Positions 47,889 through 58,900 of a stretch of 64,000 nt of DNA are shown here, piece by piece; position 1 is the first letter of the stretch, and every line of letters starts with the position of its first letter. The DNA is from a virus. The stretch lies in IMG/VR virus record IMGVR_UViG_3300042542_005279, positions 1-64,000 of that record; one strand, given 5' to 3'. A program made the position numbers and the translations under genes. The notes beneath the pieces were generated by a model. It ran no database searches. It was not told the DNA's origin and worked only from the letters and a program-made list of their open reading frames with translations.

Positions 47889-48341
47889 TTACACATCTAA
47901 ACTATAATCCGAATATTCCAAAGTTAATTTTTTTGTAGAAAAAATCTCTGTCAGGGTGTTCAGAATCGACTTTAATTTTGGGCGGAGGTCTACGGTGTAT
48001 CTAACTTTTGGGGGGTAAATCTTCGCGTCGAGGTAACGATTGTATAACACGTTATCTCCGTTTTTAATCATAAGTGAAAAACTCTCTGGACCCTCGATAA
48101 TTGATGTTTCCATAATCTGTGGATTCTCATATATGTCATACATATTGTCTAGCATATAAGATGCGGTTCTCACTCGTAAGTCGGACTTAAACCCGTCAAT
48201 GAATTCAGAAATGTAGTCGTGAAGTTCCATTGAGTTACGGGCTTTGTGATTATAACCCCTAACATTGAAAAATCGTTGTACGATAATGTTTCCATTAACT
48301 TTGAGTAAAAACTCCAACTTGGTTGAATCTTGTTCTTTCAT
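47889..48341 (-). CDS. Hypothetical protein in the replication operon
   Basis: Start at ATG 48341 (MKEQDS), 2 nt after the upstream stop; IIVQRFFNV, KVRYTVDLR. Confidence 0.7.
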   Translation of the reverse strand: MKEQDSTKLEFLLKVNGNIIVQRFFNVRGYNHKARNSMELHDYISEFIDGFKSDLRVRTASYMLDNMYDIYENPQIMETSIIEGPESFSLMIKNGDNVLYNRYLDAKIYPPKVRYTVDLRPKLKSILNTLTEIFSTKKLTLEYSDYSLDV

Positions 48342-48343
48342 AA

Positions 48344-49354
48344 TTAGTTTTTTTGATTTTTGAATTTCTTTTTTTCTTTTCTTGTTAGTTTCATTATTGG
48401 TCTTAAGAATTCTACCCACGCATCGTCGGTTTTGGGTAGGAATTTAAATATTCCGTCATCCATCATCATTTTGATTAGGTTCTTATACCCCCTACCATCA
48501 GGGTCCAAGGTTTCTTTATAATATTCTTCAACAATAGTTTTACCTTGGTCTGTGATAAGTGGTTCAGACAAATCAATTATCTTTTGATTAATCACAAAAA
48601 ATTCTTCACCATAAATTCCGTCTTTTGTTTTACCTGTGAGTAGATTTTTAAGGGCCGTGTTTTCTTTGTCCTCTTTGAGGAGTTGTTCTGCTTTTGACAA
48701 AATATCACTAAAGGTGATGGGATTTTCAAGTATCTCGGGAAATAATTTCACCAAAGTTTTTTCTCCCATCAAACGAATACCATCGATATTGTCTGACGTA
48801 TCACCACAAACAATTTTGGTTGTTTTGATATTATAGTGGGGAAACTCCAAGTCCTTATTTTTAATCATATCACCCATCTTATACGTTCTTTTTTGTTGGG
48901 GTGAATATACAGAGACCTTTTCAGAAATTAATTGTGTTAAATCCCTATCTGATGAAAAAATTGTTTTTTGTTCATCTTCTGATATATGACAATAATATGC
49001 AATCAGGTCATCAGATTCGTTATTTTCAACTTCAATCTGTCTTACAAACATTTCCTCCAAATATTGTTTTATTCGTTCTTTTTGTTTGTAAAATGATTCC
49101 TTCTTTTGGTCCGTCTCGGTTGAGGTTCTGTTTTCCTTATATTTTGGATATATTAGTTTTCTTGTGGATGAATTTGATTCACCATCCCACATAACAACTA
49201 CCTTATCAAAGTTTTGTTCTTCAATGAACCTTCGGAGGGTATTTAAAAAATGATAAATACCTCCGATGTGTTCACCTTTATGATAATACTCCTTTACCCC
49301 GTAAAACCCAATTTTCAAAAGGTTATTACCATCAACTAAAAGTGTTTTTGTCAC
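48344..49354 (-). CDS. 5'-3' exonuclease / flap endonuclease (T4 RNase H, Pol I N-terminal-like)
   Basis: LLVDGNNL, WDG, YKENR, ESDDLI, SSDRDL, GDTSDNIDG. Confidence 0.92.
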   Translation of the reverse strand: MTKTLLVDGNNLLKIGFYGVKEYYHKGEHIGGIYHFLNTLRRFIEEQNFDKVVVMWDGESNSSTRKLIYPKYKENRTSTETDQKKESFYKQKERIKQYLEEMFVRQIEVENNESDDLIAYYCHISEDEQKTIFSSDRDLTQLISEKVSVYSPQQKRTYKMGDMIKNKDLEFPHYNIKTTKIVCGDTSDNIDGIRLMGEKTLVKLFPEILENPITFSDILSKAEQLLKEDKENTALKNLLTGKTKDGIYGEEFFVINQKIIDLSEPLITDQGKTIVEEYYKETLDPDGRGYKNLIKMMMDDGIFKFLPKTDDAWVEFLRPIMKLTRKEKKKFKNQKN

Positions 49355-49393
49355 TTAATTGTTTTTAAATTGTTTGTAAAAAAATTCTTGATG

Positions 49394-50380
49394 TTATTCA
49401 TCAATTTCTGATTCGGATTCATCTAGTAAAATCTCACCAGTTCCCGAAAGTATTGCGTTCCAATAATGTGAGTATTGTTTCTTATATTGTTCTAACGCCT
49501 CTTTAGTGTCACTAATATATCCTTGTGGTACTGCGATAATCTTACCATCTTTATATCCCAAACCATTTACGTGGTTTTTAATAATAGATACTTTGGTTCT
49601 AATCGCATAAGACACAGTTCTTCCGTTTTTAGTTGCGGTAATATGATTGATACCAGCTTTCTTTTGATTTCCAAATAAGAATACCAAAGAAGATGCTAAC
49701 CAAAGAGCCTCACCACCTTTTGCCTTAATTTCAGGTTGTCCGAAAGGATTATCAGGTAAGTCAACCCAAGGTTGGTTAACTACAACCATAGTGTTGTAAT
49801 ATGGGTAATCTTCTTTCTTTGATTTAGAAATTCTTGAGTGAATACCCATACCAATTTTATCAGCTAGTGCGGATGCGTTATGCATCTTACCTCCCTTTCC
49901 CTCAAATGTCATCTTACAAGGAATTGAACCAACTGAGTCCCATAAGAATAATAAATTATATGGGATGTCTCCTTTTTCTTGAGCGTCCAACATTTCATTA
50001 ATGAAGTCAGTTGCCTGTTCAATGTAATCGAAACTGTCGTTGAATATGAAGTCTCCGTCCCACTCTCCGTTACTATTTTTTTCGGCAACCAATCCTAGTT
50101 CGATTGCGTGTTCCCAAGACCATTTTTTTTCTGTGATGATGAAAACAGGAATATGTCCTTTTCTCTGAGCATCAGCTCCAGCTAAAATCATCGCGGTAGT
50201 TTTAGAGGAATTTGAGTGTCCCAAAAACATATTGATACCACCCATAATCGGACCTGGTAATCCACAAGCCCCCATAAAGGCCTCACCACAATTATAATAA
50301 CTTTCGGGTTTGTACTTTGTTTTAGTAGAAAACTTATCTTTAATACTACTTAACCCGATTTCTTTTTTCTTTAACGCCAT
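49394..50380 (-). CDS. recA: RecA/UvsX-like recombinase
   Basis: GHSNSSKTT Walker A variant, ITEK, WDSVGS, VNQ, KGGEA, KNH; start at ATG 50380. Confidence 0.85.
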   Translation of the reverse strand: MALKKKEIGLSSIKDKFSTKTKYKPESYYNCGEAFMGACGLPGPIMGGINMFLGHSNSSKTTAMILAGADAQRKGHIPVFIITEKKWSWEHAIELGLVAEKNSNGEWDGDFIFNDSFDYIEQATDFINEMLDAQEKGDIPYNLLFLWDSVGSIPCKMTFEGKGGKMHNASALADKIGMGIHSRISKSKKEDYPYYNTMVVVNQPWVDLPDNPFGQPEIKAKGGEALWLASSLVFLFGNQKKAGINHITATKNGRTVSYAIRTKVSIIKNHVNGLGYKDGKIIAVPQGYISDTKEALEQYKKQYSHYWNAILSGTGEILLDESESEIDE

Positions 50381-50381
50381 A

Positions 50382-50600
50382 TTAAATTTCGTATTTGTAG
50401 AATTGTTCCAAATTTTCCAACTTGTCTTGTGCGTTGGCTCTTTTCTCAATTAACTTATCCATTTCTTCAATATGTTGTGGATGTTCTCCAATACCAACAG
50501 GATTTGTGAAATAAACAAGTAATGATGACTCAGCATCCAACATTTCGCTCTCGTATTTCTTCTTGAGAGCCTCGTACATTTTTAATTGAATTTTTTGCAT
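50382..50600 (-). CDS. Small conserved phage protein (NPVGIGEH motif)
   Basis: YFTNPVGIGEHP motif, recurrent in myoviruses. Confidence 0.7.
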   Translation of the reverse strand: MQKIQLKMYEALKKKYESEMLDAESSLLVYFTNPVGIGEHPQHIEEMDKLIEKRANAQDKLENLEQFYKYEI

Positions 50601-50620
50601 ATAAATTAGTTTTTAATGTA

Positions 50621-50667
50621 AATAAATAAAAAGCATGGACACTTTGTCTATGTAAATGTCCATGCTT
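50621..50667 (-). terminator. Intrinsic terminator/hairpin after ssb
   Basis: AAGCATGGACA (50631-50641) / TGTCCATGCTT (50657-50667), followed by a U-rich tract on the - strand. Confidence 0.75.
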
Positions 50668-50677
50668 AAGTTTGAAA

Positions 50678-51526
50678 TTAGAATGGTAAATCTTCGTCAG
50701 GTGCGTCCATTGACTGTGGGTCTTGAACTGATGCAGAACCACCGATAGATGCGGTGCCTACGGATGAATCACCGTAAACGTATTTTCCTGCGTCTGAGTC
50801 CCAACGTGGAGTTTCACCACGAGCAATCGCCTCTAAATAATCTTCGGGTTTTTTTGAATATACGTCAGCCCAAGTTAGTTCATCTTCCAACCAAGATTTT
50901 GATGTATCAGCATCTTCGTGAAGTGGTTGTGGGTCATCGTACATAACCGCTTGAATTACGGTATAAGGTTTTCCGTTGTTTGCCTTTGTTTTGGTAAGTT
51001 CCAAGATAAGGTCACGTCCTTTTTCAGAATCGGTAATGTCACCTTTTGCTCTCCAAATAGGAATGATTTTGTCCAAGATACCTTCTTTTTTGTAGTTGTG
51101 TTTAAATCTCCAAAACTTAGGTCCGTCTTGTTCTGCGTCACGGTCAACAACTTTTACGATATAAAATAGTCGTGAGCGGTAGTTGCCGGCAAGTTTCTTG
51201 TCCGCCTCTTTACCTGTTGACATCAGTTCTTCGTAAAGTTCGTTAAGTGGTGAACGCTCATTGTCGTTTTTACCTGGGTCATAAAGTTTTACCCATTTTC
51301 CATCTACTTGTACCTCGTGATACCATACCTCTTTAAAAGGTGAACTACCATCGGGAGTTGGTAAAATACGAAGTCGTTTTTGTCCTTGATTTTCTTTATC
51401 GCCGAGAACCGCAGCGAAATACTTTTTCATTCTTTCGTCCTGACTCATCTTTGGAGATGAGGACGAGCTTGACTTTTGTTGTTTTTCATACTGAGCCAAA
51501 ACAGCATCCATTGAATTTGTCGCCAT
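50678..51526 (-). CDS. gp32-like single-stranded DNA-binding protein
   Basis: RLRILP...PF...H; VVDR; G.K.W.F; DITD...GRDL; acidic tail DEDLPF; adjacent to RecA. Confidence 0.8.
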   Translation of the reverse strand: MATNSMDAVLAQYEKQQKSSSSSSPKMSQDERMKKYFAAVLGDKENQGQKRLRILPTPDGSSPFKEVWYHEVQVDGKWVKLYDPGKNDNERSPLNELYEELMSTGKEADKKLAGNYRSRLFYIVKVVDRDAEQDGPKFWRFKHNYKKEGILDKIIPIWRAKGDITDSEKGRDLILELTKTKANNGKPYTVIQAVMYDDPQPLHEDADTSKSWLEDELTWADVYSKKPEDYLEAIARGETPRWDSDAGKYVYGDSSVGTASIGGSASVQDPQSMDAPDEDLPF

Positions 51527-51557
51527 AAATAATGTATTAAATTGTTAAATTGTTTCA

Positions 51558-51589
51558 GAAATATAGTGTGTAAAAGTGGGGTTGTCAAA
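51558..51589 (-). promoter_or_regulatory. Promoter for the ssb-recA-exo-helicase-nrd operon
   Basis: TTGACA (51583-51588)-N17-TATATT (51560-51565); also reads as TTTG-N20-TATATTTC. Confidence 0.7.
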
Positions 51590-51591
51590 TG

Positions 51592-51618
51592 AAAAAGGGT
51601 GATTACTCACCCTTTTTT
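51592..51618 (-). terminator. Intrinsic terminator ending the hub/structural operon
   Basis: AAAAAGGGTGA-TTAC-TCACCCTTTTT overlapping the stop of 51603..51944. Confidence 0.8.
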
Positions 51619-51944
51619 AAAACTCTTAAAGAAGTTGTCGAATATAGTTGGGGATTAACATTCTTTAATCCATATGTATCCTTGAACCATTTTTTGAAAA
51701 ATTGTTTTACTTGGTCGTCATTTACCGTGAAATCTGCTTTTATTTTAGAAAATACTTTGTGTATATGAACTACCATATCCTTTGTTTTTTTATTATATTG
51801 AAATATGGGTTCATCTTTGGTATTGACATAAAATATCGTGTCAGGATAATCCTTATGTTTTCTTGGTTTGAAATGGTCGAAATACTTATTTGCGTAAAGC
51901 GTAAGTGCATCCTCCAATTGTTTATTCAAAACTATTACTTTCAT
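51603..51944 (-). CDS. Hypothetical protein
   Basis: MKVIVLNKQL N-terminus; FFKKWFKDTYGL C-terminal motif. Confidence 0.65.
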   Translation of the reverse strand: MKVIVLNKQLEDALTLYANKYFDHFKPRKHKDYPDTIFYVNTKDEPIFQYNKKTKDMVVHIHKVFSKIKADFTVNDDQVKQFFKKWFKDTYGLKNVNPQLYSTTSLRVLKKGE

Positions 51945-51946
51945 AA

Positions 51947-52645
51947 TTATTTAACTTCAACAGGTTTTTCGTTACCAGGGAAATCTCTGAAACTATCTTT
52001 AATTTCTGATGGTGAAAAATCTTTAACCTCATCAGTTGTTAAAACATATTCATTTTTTCCTGATTTTTCCATTTCTTCTTCTTTATCAACGAAGAAATCT
52101 GAAAGTTTTTGGTTATATGGACCCGAATCCAAACTTCTCAATTCTAATTTCTCCTGTGCCGTTTTTGGTCTATATTTTTCAACTTTTGCCTCCAATGAAT
52201 CAATCTTTGATACCAATTTATCCATGTCGGCTAATTTGTTTTGTAATGTTTCAAGTTGTCCAAATAAATCATTGAAGTACGATTCTTGTTTTTCTTCAAT
52301 TGATTTTTGAGATGTAACCAAATCTGTAATGTCTAATTCTTCGGTTCCTTCTCCTTTTTCTTGGGATTCTCCTTCAGCACCAATTTTTTCAACATCGGGG
52401 TCGTTTTCAACATCAATAGGTTGTGGTTCAGCGGGAGCCGCGGGTGCGGCTCCGGGTGCTGCAGGTGGTGGAGGTACCGCACCTGGGTCAGCGGGTGGTA
52501 AAGCCCCTGCCGCAGGGTCTGCTGGCGGTGCATCAGGTGGTGGAGGAACGTCTAACGCTTCTTGTTCATAGATATATCTATTTATTTGATTGTATCTTCT
52601 TAATTCTTCTAAAATTTTCTTATCAACACTCATTTTTTTAACCAT
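51947..52645 (-). CDS. Pro/Ala-rich acidic coiled-coil protein (scaffold/core-like); start may be 52633
   Basis: KKILEELRRYNQINRYIYEQ, PPPPDAPPADPAAG, EELDITDLV, coiled coil, LRSLDSGPY. Confidence 0.65.
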   Translation of the reverse strand: MVKKMSVDKKILEELRRYNQINRYIYEQEALDVPPPPDAPPADPAAGALPPADPGAVPPPPAAPGAAPAAPAEPQPIDVENDPDVEKIGAEGESQEKGEGTEELDITDLVTSQKSIEEKQESYFNDLFGQLETLQNKLADMDKLVSKIDSLEAKVEKYRPKTAQEKLELRSLDSGPYNQKLSDFFVDKEEEMEKSGKNEYVLTTDEVKDFSPSEIKDSFRDFPGNEKPVEVK

Positions 52646-52865
52646 TTAATAGTTGTTTTATACCCGATGCGGTTTCAACCTGAATTTTCTTAGATTGATT
52701 CATTGTATTGTCTACTCTTTCGATAAGACCATCTTTCATTCTTACGGTGTAACATTCACCGCTGTCCAAATCACAAACTTGTTTTGAACCATTCCCTAAA
52801 TCTTTTTCGGATATTCTTGTATTCTTACCAAGGTAACTATCCAATATATTTTTAACTGAGCTCAT
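52638..52865 (-). CDS. Small hypothetical protein
   Basis: VCDLDSGECYTV; TATTTATA at 52881-52888. Confidence 0.7.
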   Translation of the reverse strand: MSSVKNILDSYLGKNTRISEKDLGNGSKQVCDLDSGECYTVRMKDGLIERVDNTMNQSKKIQVETASGIKQLLNG

Positions 52866-52905
52866 ATTATTTTATTTTTATATAAATATCATCATTTATT
52901 GTAAA

Positions 52906-55900
52906 TTACAAACCTAAAATCTGTGCTTGTTGAATTGCTGATTTTATATTTTTTATTCTATCTTTACATTGTTGGGTTGGGAAAATTTCTTTTTCATAAT
53001 TAGTTGTATTATCTTCAATAGGCCATGATGTAAATAACAATCTATCCATTTCCTCAGATAATTTGTCTAAGTTGTTTATTTTACCTTGAATATCTTTGAT
53101 TTCACCCTTACTTAATAATTTTGTATCCACTTTCGCCTTAAAATATTCAATACCAAATTTTATAAAGTCGTTTGGCGAACCGAATGTTGCAAACGCCATT
53201 TCTTTATCACTACTAGGTAGTGTACCACAGAAATAACTTTCAGTCAGTAAACTATTTCTTGGTCCATATTGTATTTCTACTTTATTAACTTTCAAATCTA
53301 ATCGTAAATTTACGAAATTACTTTCATAACCTTCAAAACCTGTAGATGTTCGGTTATTTATCCACATTAAACACCACATAGTATAATTTATCTTTGTTTT
53401 TACTCTATTGTCTATTGCTGACATTGACGAAGTATATCCCGTTAATAAATCTATTGTTTCTTTGAAACTTAAAGTGACATTTTGTGGTGCTGTAATTGGT
53501 TGGAATTTATCAAATATAGGATTTGTTTTACATAAATCTGCGGATGATGGTTGTGGGTTTTTAGCGGCATCTTGTTGATTTTGTTTTTCTTGAGCCGTGT
53601 TTTGTGATGGTGTTGAATTTCCTTCAGACGCTGAATTAGGTTGTTTTACTTGACTAAAAACAGTATTTACTAAATTAGTTAGAACACCTTGTATATAACT
53701 ATCTACATCAGGTAAACTGAAAATTGATTGTCTAACCCCCTCAAATTGTGTTGTAAAATTACCAGGTGTTATTGTGTGATTAACACCTAATATCATGTAA
53801 GAACCTGCAAACATAGGTACATGTCTCAAATTAAAATACATCATAGGTTGTATCATGGCATTTCCCATCATTTGTATTGTACAACCATAACTCCTTGTTT
53901 TGTACAAGTTGTATAATGAAACATTCTGCGTTGATGTTTTTCTATTACCTGCTTGATTTGCCATATCATTCAACTGTTGTAATGTTTCAGATGTTGGTTT
54001 TCCATTATCTTGACTGACAGAAATGTTAGTAAATACATTTTGGTTTTGTAACCCCATATCTACAGTAAAACCAACTACCCTATTTGATTTACCCCAATCA
54101 TTTTTATTAACCAAATTATCAATTAAAGTGTTTCTATCTAATTTTTGGAAATAAATTCCGTCATCTTGATAAGCATATTCAGGTTTGTTAATTTGTGGAT
54201 GTTCAGATGGTTTCCCCGCATAAAAACAAACCATTTTAGGTCCTGAGTTTCTATAATCTACGTTAGGATGAGTTCCAAACATATCATTTGCAAACTCCAA
54301 TGAATTTTCCACTTTAGGTATTGCATTTTTGATTGGGTCTTGGACATTATAAAAATTAACGAAAGCGGGTAACGCCATAACCTGAAAGTTGTTCATTTGT
54401 AAAACTGACTGTATGTAATATAATAAATTACTTGTGGCATTAATAGTTGTGAGTAAATTGTTTAAACCAAAAATATCAACCAAAACTTTATCACCGATAT
54501 CTCTACTTGCTCTATCGATTAACATCAAGTCCTCAAAAATTGTTTTGTATTTCAAATCATACCCAGCAATCCATCTATCATTTGTGGATTTAAGTGATTC
54601 CCATATATCCACTTTACCTTGAGCGCCAATCAACTGCGAAGAAAGATTACTTTGTGGTGTGAAAGATACATTTTGTAGATTTTTTTGTAGTTTAGAAAAA
54701 GTTGATATCAAAACTAAATCTTGAAACTTATTATTTTTATTTACTAAATTAAGAATATCTGAATAAAACTTATTTTTGTTGTAACTACTGTCATTCGCTT
54801 TTTGCGACGCATATATTTTTATCAGAGGTGCTAATGTTTCTACGTTTTCAACGCTGAATTCGATATTATTATCAATAAAGAAATCAAAAATCGTTGAGCC
54901 CGTATCTGTATATTTCATACCTTCAGCTTGTGAGAAACCTACATTTAATAATAAACTATTCCATACATTTGGATATTGAGCAGTAACCGCACTTAAAGGT
55001 TTAGTGAAGTTTTTATTAGGAAGAGCGTTAGGTGTATAATTAGAATAGGGTAAAGGTTTTATCGGGTCTACCACGCTATCCACACCAAATTTTTTCGTGG
55101 ATGAATTAGTGAATGATAAAAATAGTTGTTTATCGTATTCACCAGGATTACCATATTTAAATAAAATATCGTATTCCATAAAAGATTGAATAATTGGTTT
55201 TATTACTTTATATTGTTCTTTTTGTAGCTCTGAAATACTCAAACCTTTTTTATCGATAGTTATTCTCATCATTTCCGTAAACATTTTATGGAAATTTTGT
55301 GTTATAAAAACAGTATCTGTAACTCCTGATGAGGGTAACTGTGAAAAATCAATTGGTTGAAAGTCATAACGAGATAATGAAAAATTCAAAAATATTCTTT
55401 CCATCTCATCCAATATTTCTTTTTTGAATCCACTAGTAATTTCATCAAAATATGCATATTCGGATGTTTTGGTTAGAGTGAAGTTATCTTGGGATTCAAT
55501 ATCGTTATAAATTTTCTTTAGATATTGGTTGTATTCTGGTTTTTGTATCTGAGAAGAATCAAACCAACCATAATTCGGTGACATCCAAAATGTTCTTACA
55601 GAACCATTGAATAAGGATTTATTATCCGTCGGTTCAATTATTTTTTCAGGACTCGCAGTATTATTTGAAAGGTTTTTGAAACATTCATTGAACGATTGAT
55701 TGAAGTTATTTCCAACTGATGGTAATGTGAAGAAACTTGTATCATCATTATTTCTAACAAATGTTGAATATGAATTTAACAGTATTGTTCTATTAGGGTT
55801 TTGTTTGTCGGACCCTTGTTGTGCGATATTATAAGATGTTCTTGTTATACTAAATCCTGAATTAATACCATTTTGTATATCTTCATCAGAATACCCTACC

Positions 55901-58900
55901 GAAAATCCTGCATATGGTCCAGTGGTAGCTGTAACTGTTGATGTGAAGATTTCATATCCGTTCAAGAAAAACGAAAAATCATTAATCAATTTAGGATAGA
56001 AACCAACATTCATGTTTGTTGCGGTTAAGTTACCAACCGTATCACTTGTTTGTAAAGTAATTCTAGTTTCACTTGTTTCACCCTCACCTGTAAATGCATA
56101 TGTTTTGGTTGCCGCCGATGATGATGGGTCATAATTTCCAAGATAATCAAAATCAGTCCAAATACCGTCTAAAAAATCATTTCCCGTTTGTACTTTTGTT
56201 TTATAACGATGCCACAAAGAACCGTATTTTAATATGAATGGATATGGTAATTTATGAACACCTCCAAATTTTTTAAATGATGCAAAAATATAATCTAAAT
56301 TCTCAACATTATTATTAGATAACGATTTGTATTTTTCTTTTAACGTGGCTATTGGTAAACTATTTATGAACAAATAAGCAGCCTCTTTATATGGATATAT
56401 TCTATTTGTTTTATAATTAAAAACCCCTTTTTGAATCGCATTAATGAAATAAGGTGTATTCAACATTGATGTGGTTTGCTCACTTACAAGTCCACCACTA
56501 TATGATGAATAAAATACGGAACCTTCGGTTGGTAATTGTGTTCTTTTTGCACCTACATCAGGACTATTTCTTTGTGTATAGAAATTTGATAGTGTTGTAG
56601 AATTAATTGGAGGAAAATCAAAAGTGTTAATCTCACCATTTTGTACATATGAGAAATAAGTTACAGGTCTTTTTGTTGAAGTGGTCGTATCTTCAACATC
56701 GAAATTAGCGACTGTGTTTATATTATCATTATATGTTATAATTTTATCCGTTTTATTTACCAAGTTAGTAAAGAATTTTCCTTCCGCCATGTAATCTTTA
56801 ATCCAACCATTATTGGTCAGAGGGAAGGTATCCATAAAATCCGTTTTTGAGGCTTCGTTTGATTTAATGTAATTATCTAAATCTTGTAACTTTTCAATTT
56901 TTAATTGGTTTTGCTCGGCACTTGAAAATTTTTCAAAAATTGTGTTATCAAATACTTTGAAATCTGTGTTGGTATAACTAGTTATATAAGGTGTAGAATA
57001 ATAACCCCTTATAAACTTCTGATAAGATTCTCCTTCACCCAAATTTGATATTGTTTTCAAAATTGGAATTATGGTTTGGGGTGTGATTAAATACTCTTTT
57101 AATTTTTTAATTAGAAATACATTTTCAGTACCCAAAGCATTTAACATGTTTGTTGCTTCGGTTTGTGAAACAATTTCATCGATTGAGTAATTTTCAGATT
57201 TACCTCTATTTATTCTTGAGAAATTTGAAACTGACCCCATCCTTTCCCAAAATTCATAAAAAAATTTTACTTCCTCTTTGTTTTGGTAAATTCCATTGGA
57301 TATAGGAAATTCAATCGGGTTTAAAGATAAACGATTAACAGTATTTATTTCTTTGTCATTTGGTTGGAATTGTGAGTCGCTCGGGTCTCTTTTCATAAGA
57401 CCTCCTAAGAGTTCCTCTACAAATTCAATTTCAGGCCATTCATCAAATAGATAACCTTCAGTTTCTTGTACAACATCGGGGTCACCAGGGTATGTTACAT
57501 CATAAGTTTTGATACCATCTTTTTCGTTTTCTTTAATCAATTGAGGCCAAGGATAGACAAGTTCGTTAGAAGAGTCTGATGATACTTTAGCACCAAGTAT
57601 CGCTTTTTTTCTAACATCACTATCTCTTTTATTCCATGCCTCTCTATGACAATCATCCATTAATCTTAGAAATGCCTCACCGTTCGCAAATAAAACTGCA
57701 AGTACATTTCTTATTGTTGGTGTAAATCCTAAACCACTTTTTCCTTGTGAACCTTCTTTTATAATTTTATTTAATTCATCACCAAGTTTTTTTGTAATTT
57801 CATTTTTTTTGATGTTAACAGATTTTTCCATCTGTGTTATTTTATCTAAAAAATTTTTTTTGTTTTCAAAGGCATAGAACTTATCATAAAATGGCGGTTG
57901 GTCGGGTTTTGGTTCTTCTTTAGGTGGTTGTGATAAACTTATTGTTAATGTTGTATCTGCACTATACTTAGCAAAATCAGCTGCGTTTTCAGGTGCTTGT
58001 GGGTTTTTATTGTAAGTCAATGAATATGATTTTTCAAAATCAACTTCTTCGGGTGTAACGTTAAAACTAATCCAATCAGGTAAATTACCGGGTTCTTTTT
58101 GTGGTGGTGTTGGTACTCTAACATTATTGTTTACCTCTGAATTTTCTTTTTTGTTTCCTATCGTATAACTACCTTTCAATCCTAATGTCGGATTCTCGTC
58201 TAATAACTTGTTGTATGTTTGGAATATCGTAATTAATTTTACTCTTGCTTCTTGTTCTTTTTGTTGTGCTAATCTTAATACGGGTTTCAGTAAATAAACC
58301 TTTTGTGCATCTTTTCCTTTTAGAACTAATGGATTTTTACTGTCCAAATTTTGTTTTACCCAAGAATCTTCAACATATAAAACTTCAGTTTTTAACTTTT
58401 GAAGATTTTTTTGATAAGTCTCAACATTGGTAAGAGGTTCCATATTAACCTGACCCCAATTTTTTAAAGTATCTTTAATAAAAGTGTCCAATCTTTTTTG
58501 TAATTGAGTCACTGTAATTTCAGGTAAATCATCGGCAATAATACCTTTTGACTTATACTCATTATATACCTCTCTAATTTTCTGATATCCCAACGTATAA
58601 TTTTTTGGTATTGCAGGTACATTTGTCGTATTTGGGTTTTGTGAATTTTGTTTTTGTAATACCGTTGTTGGATACATATAAGGTGTTGCCAATAGATATC
58701 CCATCGAAACATCTGATAAGACATTGAACTTATAAGTTAAAAACGTTAGGGTGATTTCAAAATTCCCACTATTGTTGTCGAATCTGGCGTTGAAATTCTG
58801 TAGCATTAATTGATACCTTACCGCTTTACCGTAATACCCTTTTAATGTTAAATAAAAAGAGGGATATGGTAGATTAAAAAATGCAGCATAAGGCGACTTA

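Noticed and set aside
52420-52560. GC-rich patch as foreign DNA or structured RNA
   Set aside because: Explained by Pro/Ala/Gly codons of 51947..52645; the overlapping short ORFs are by-products
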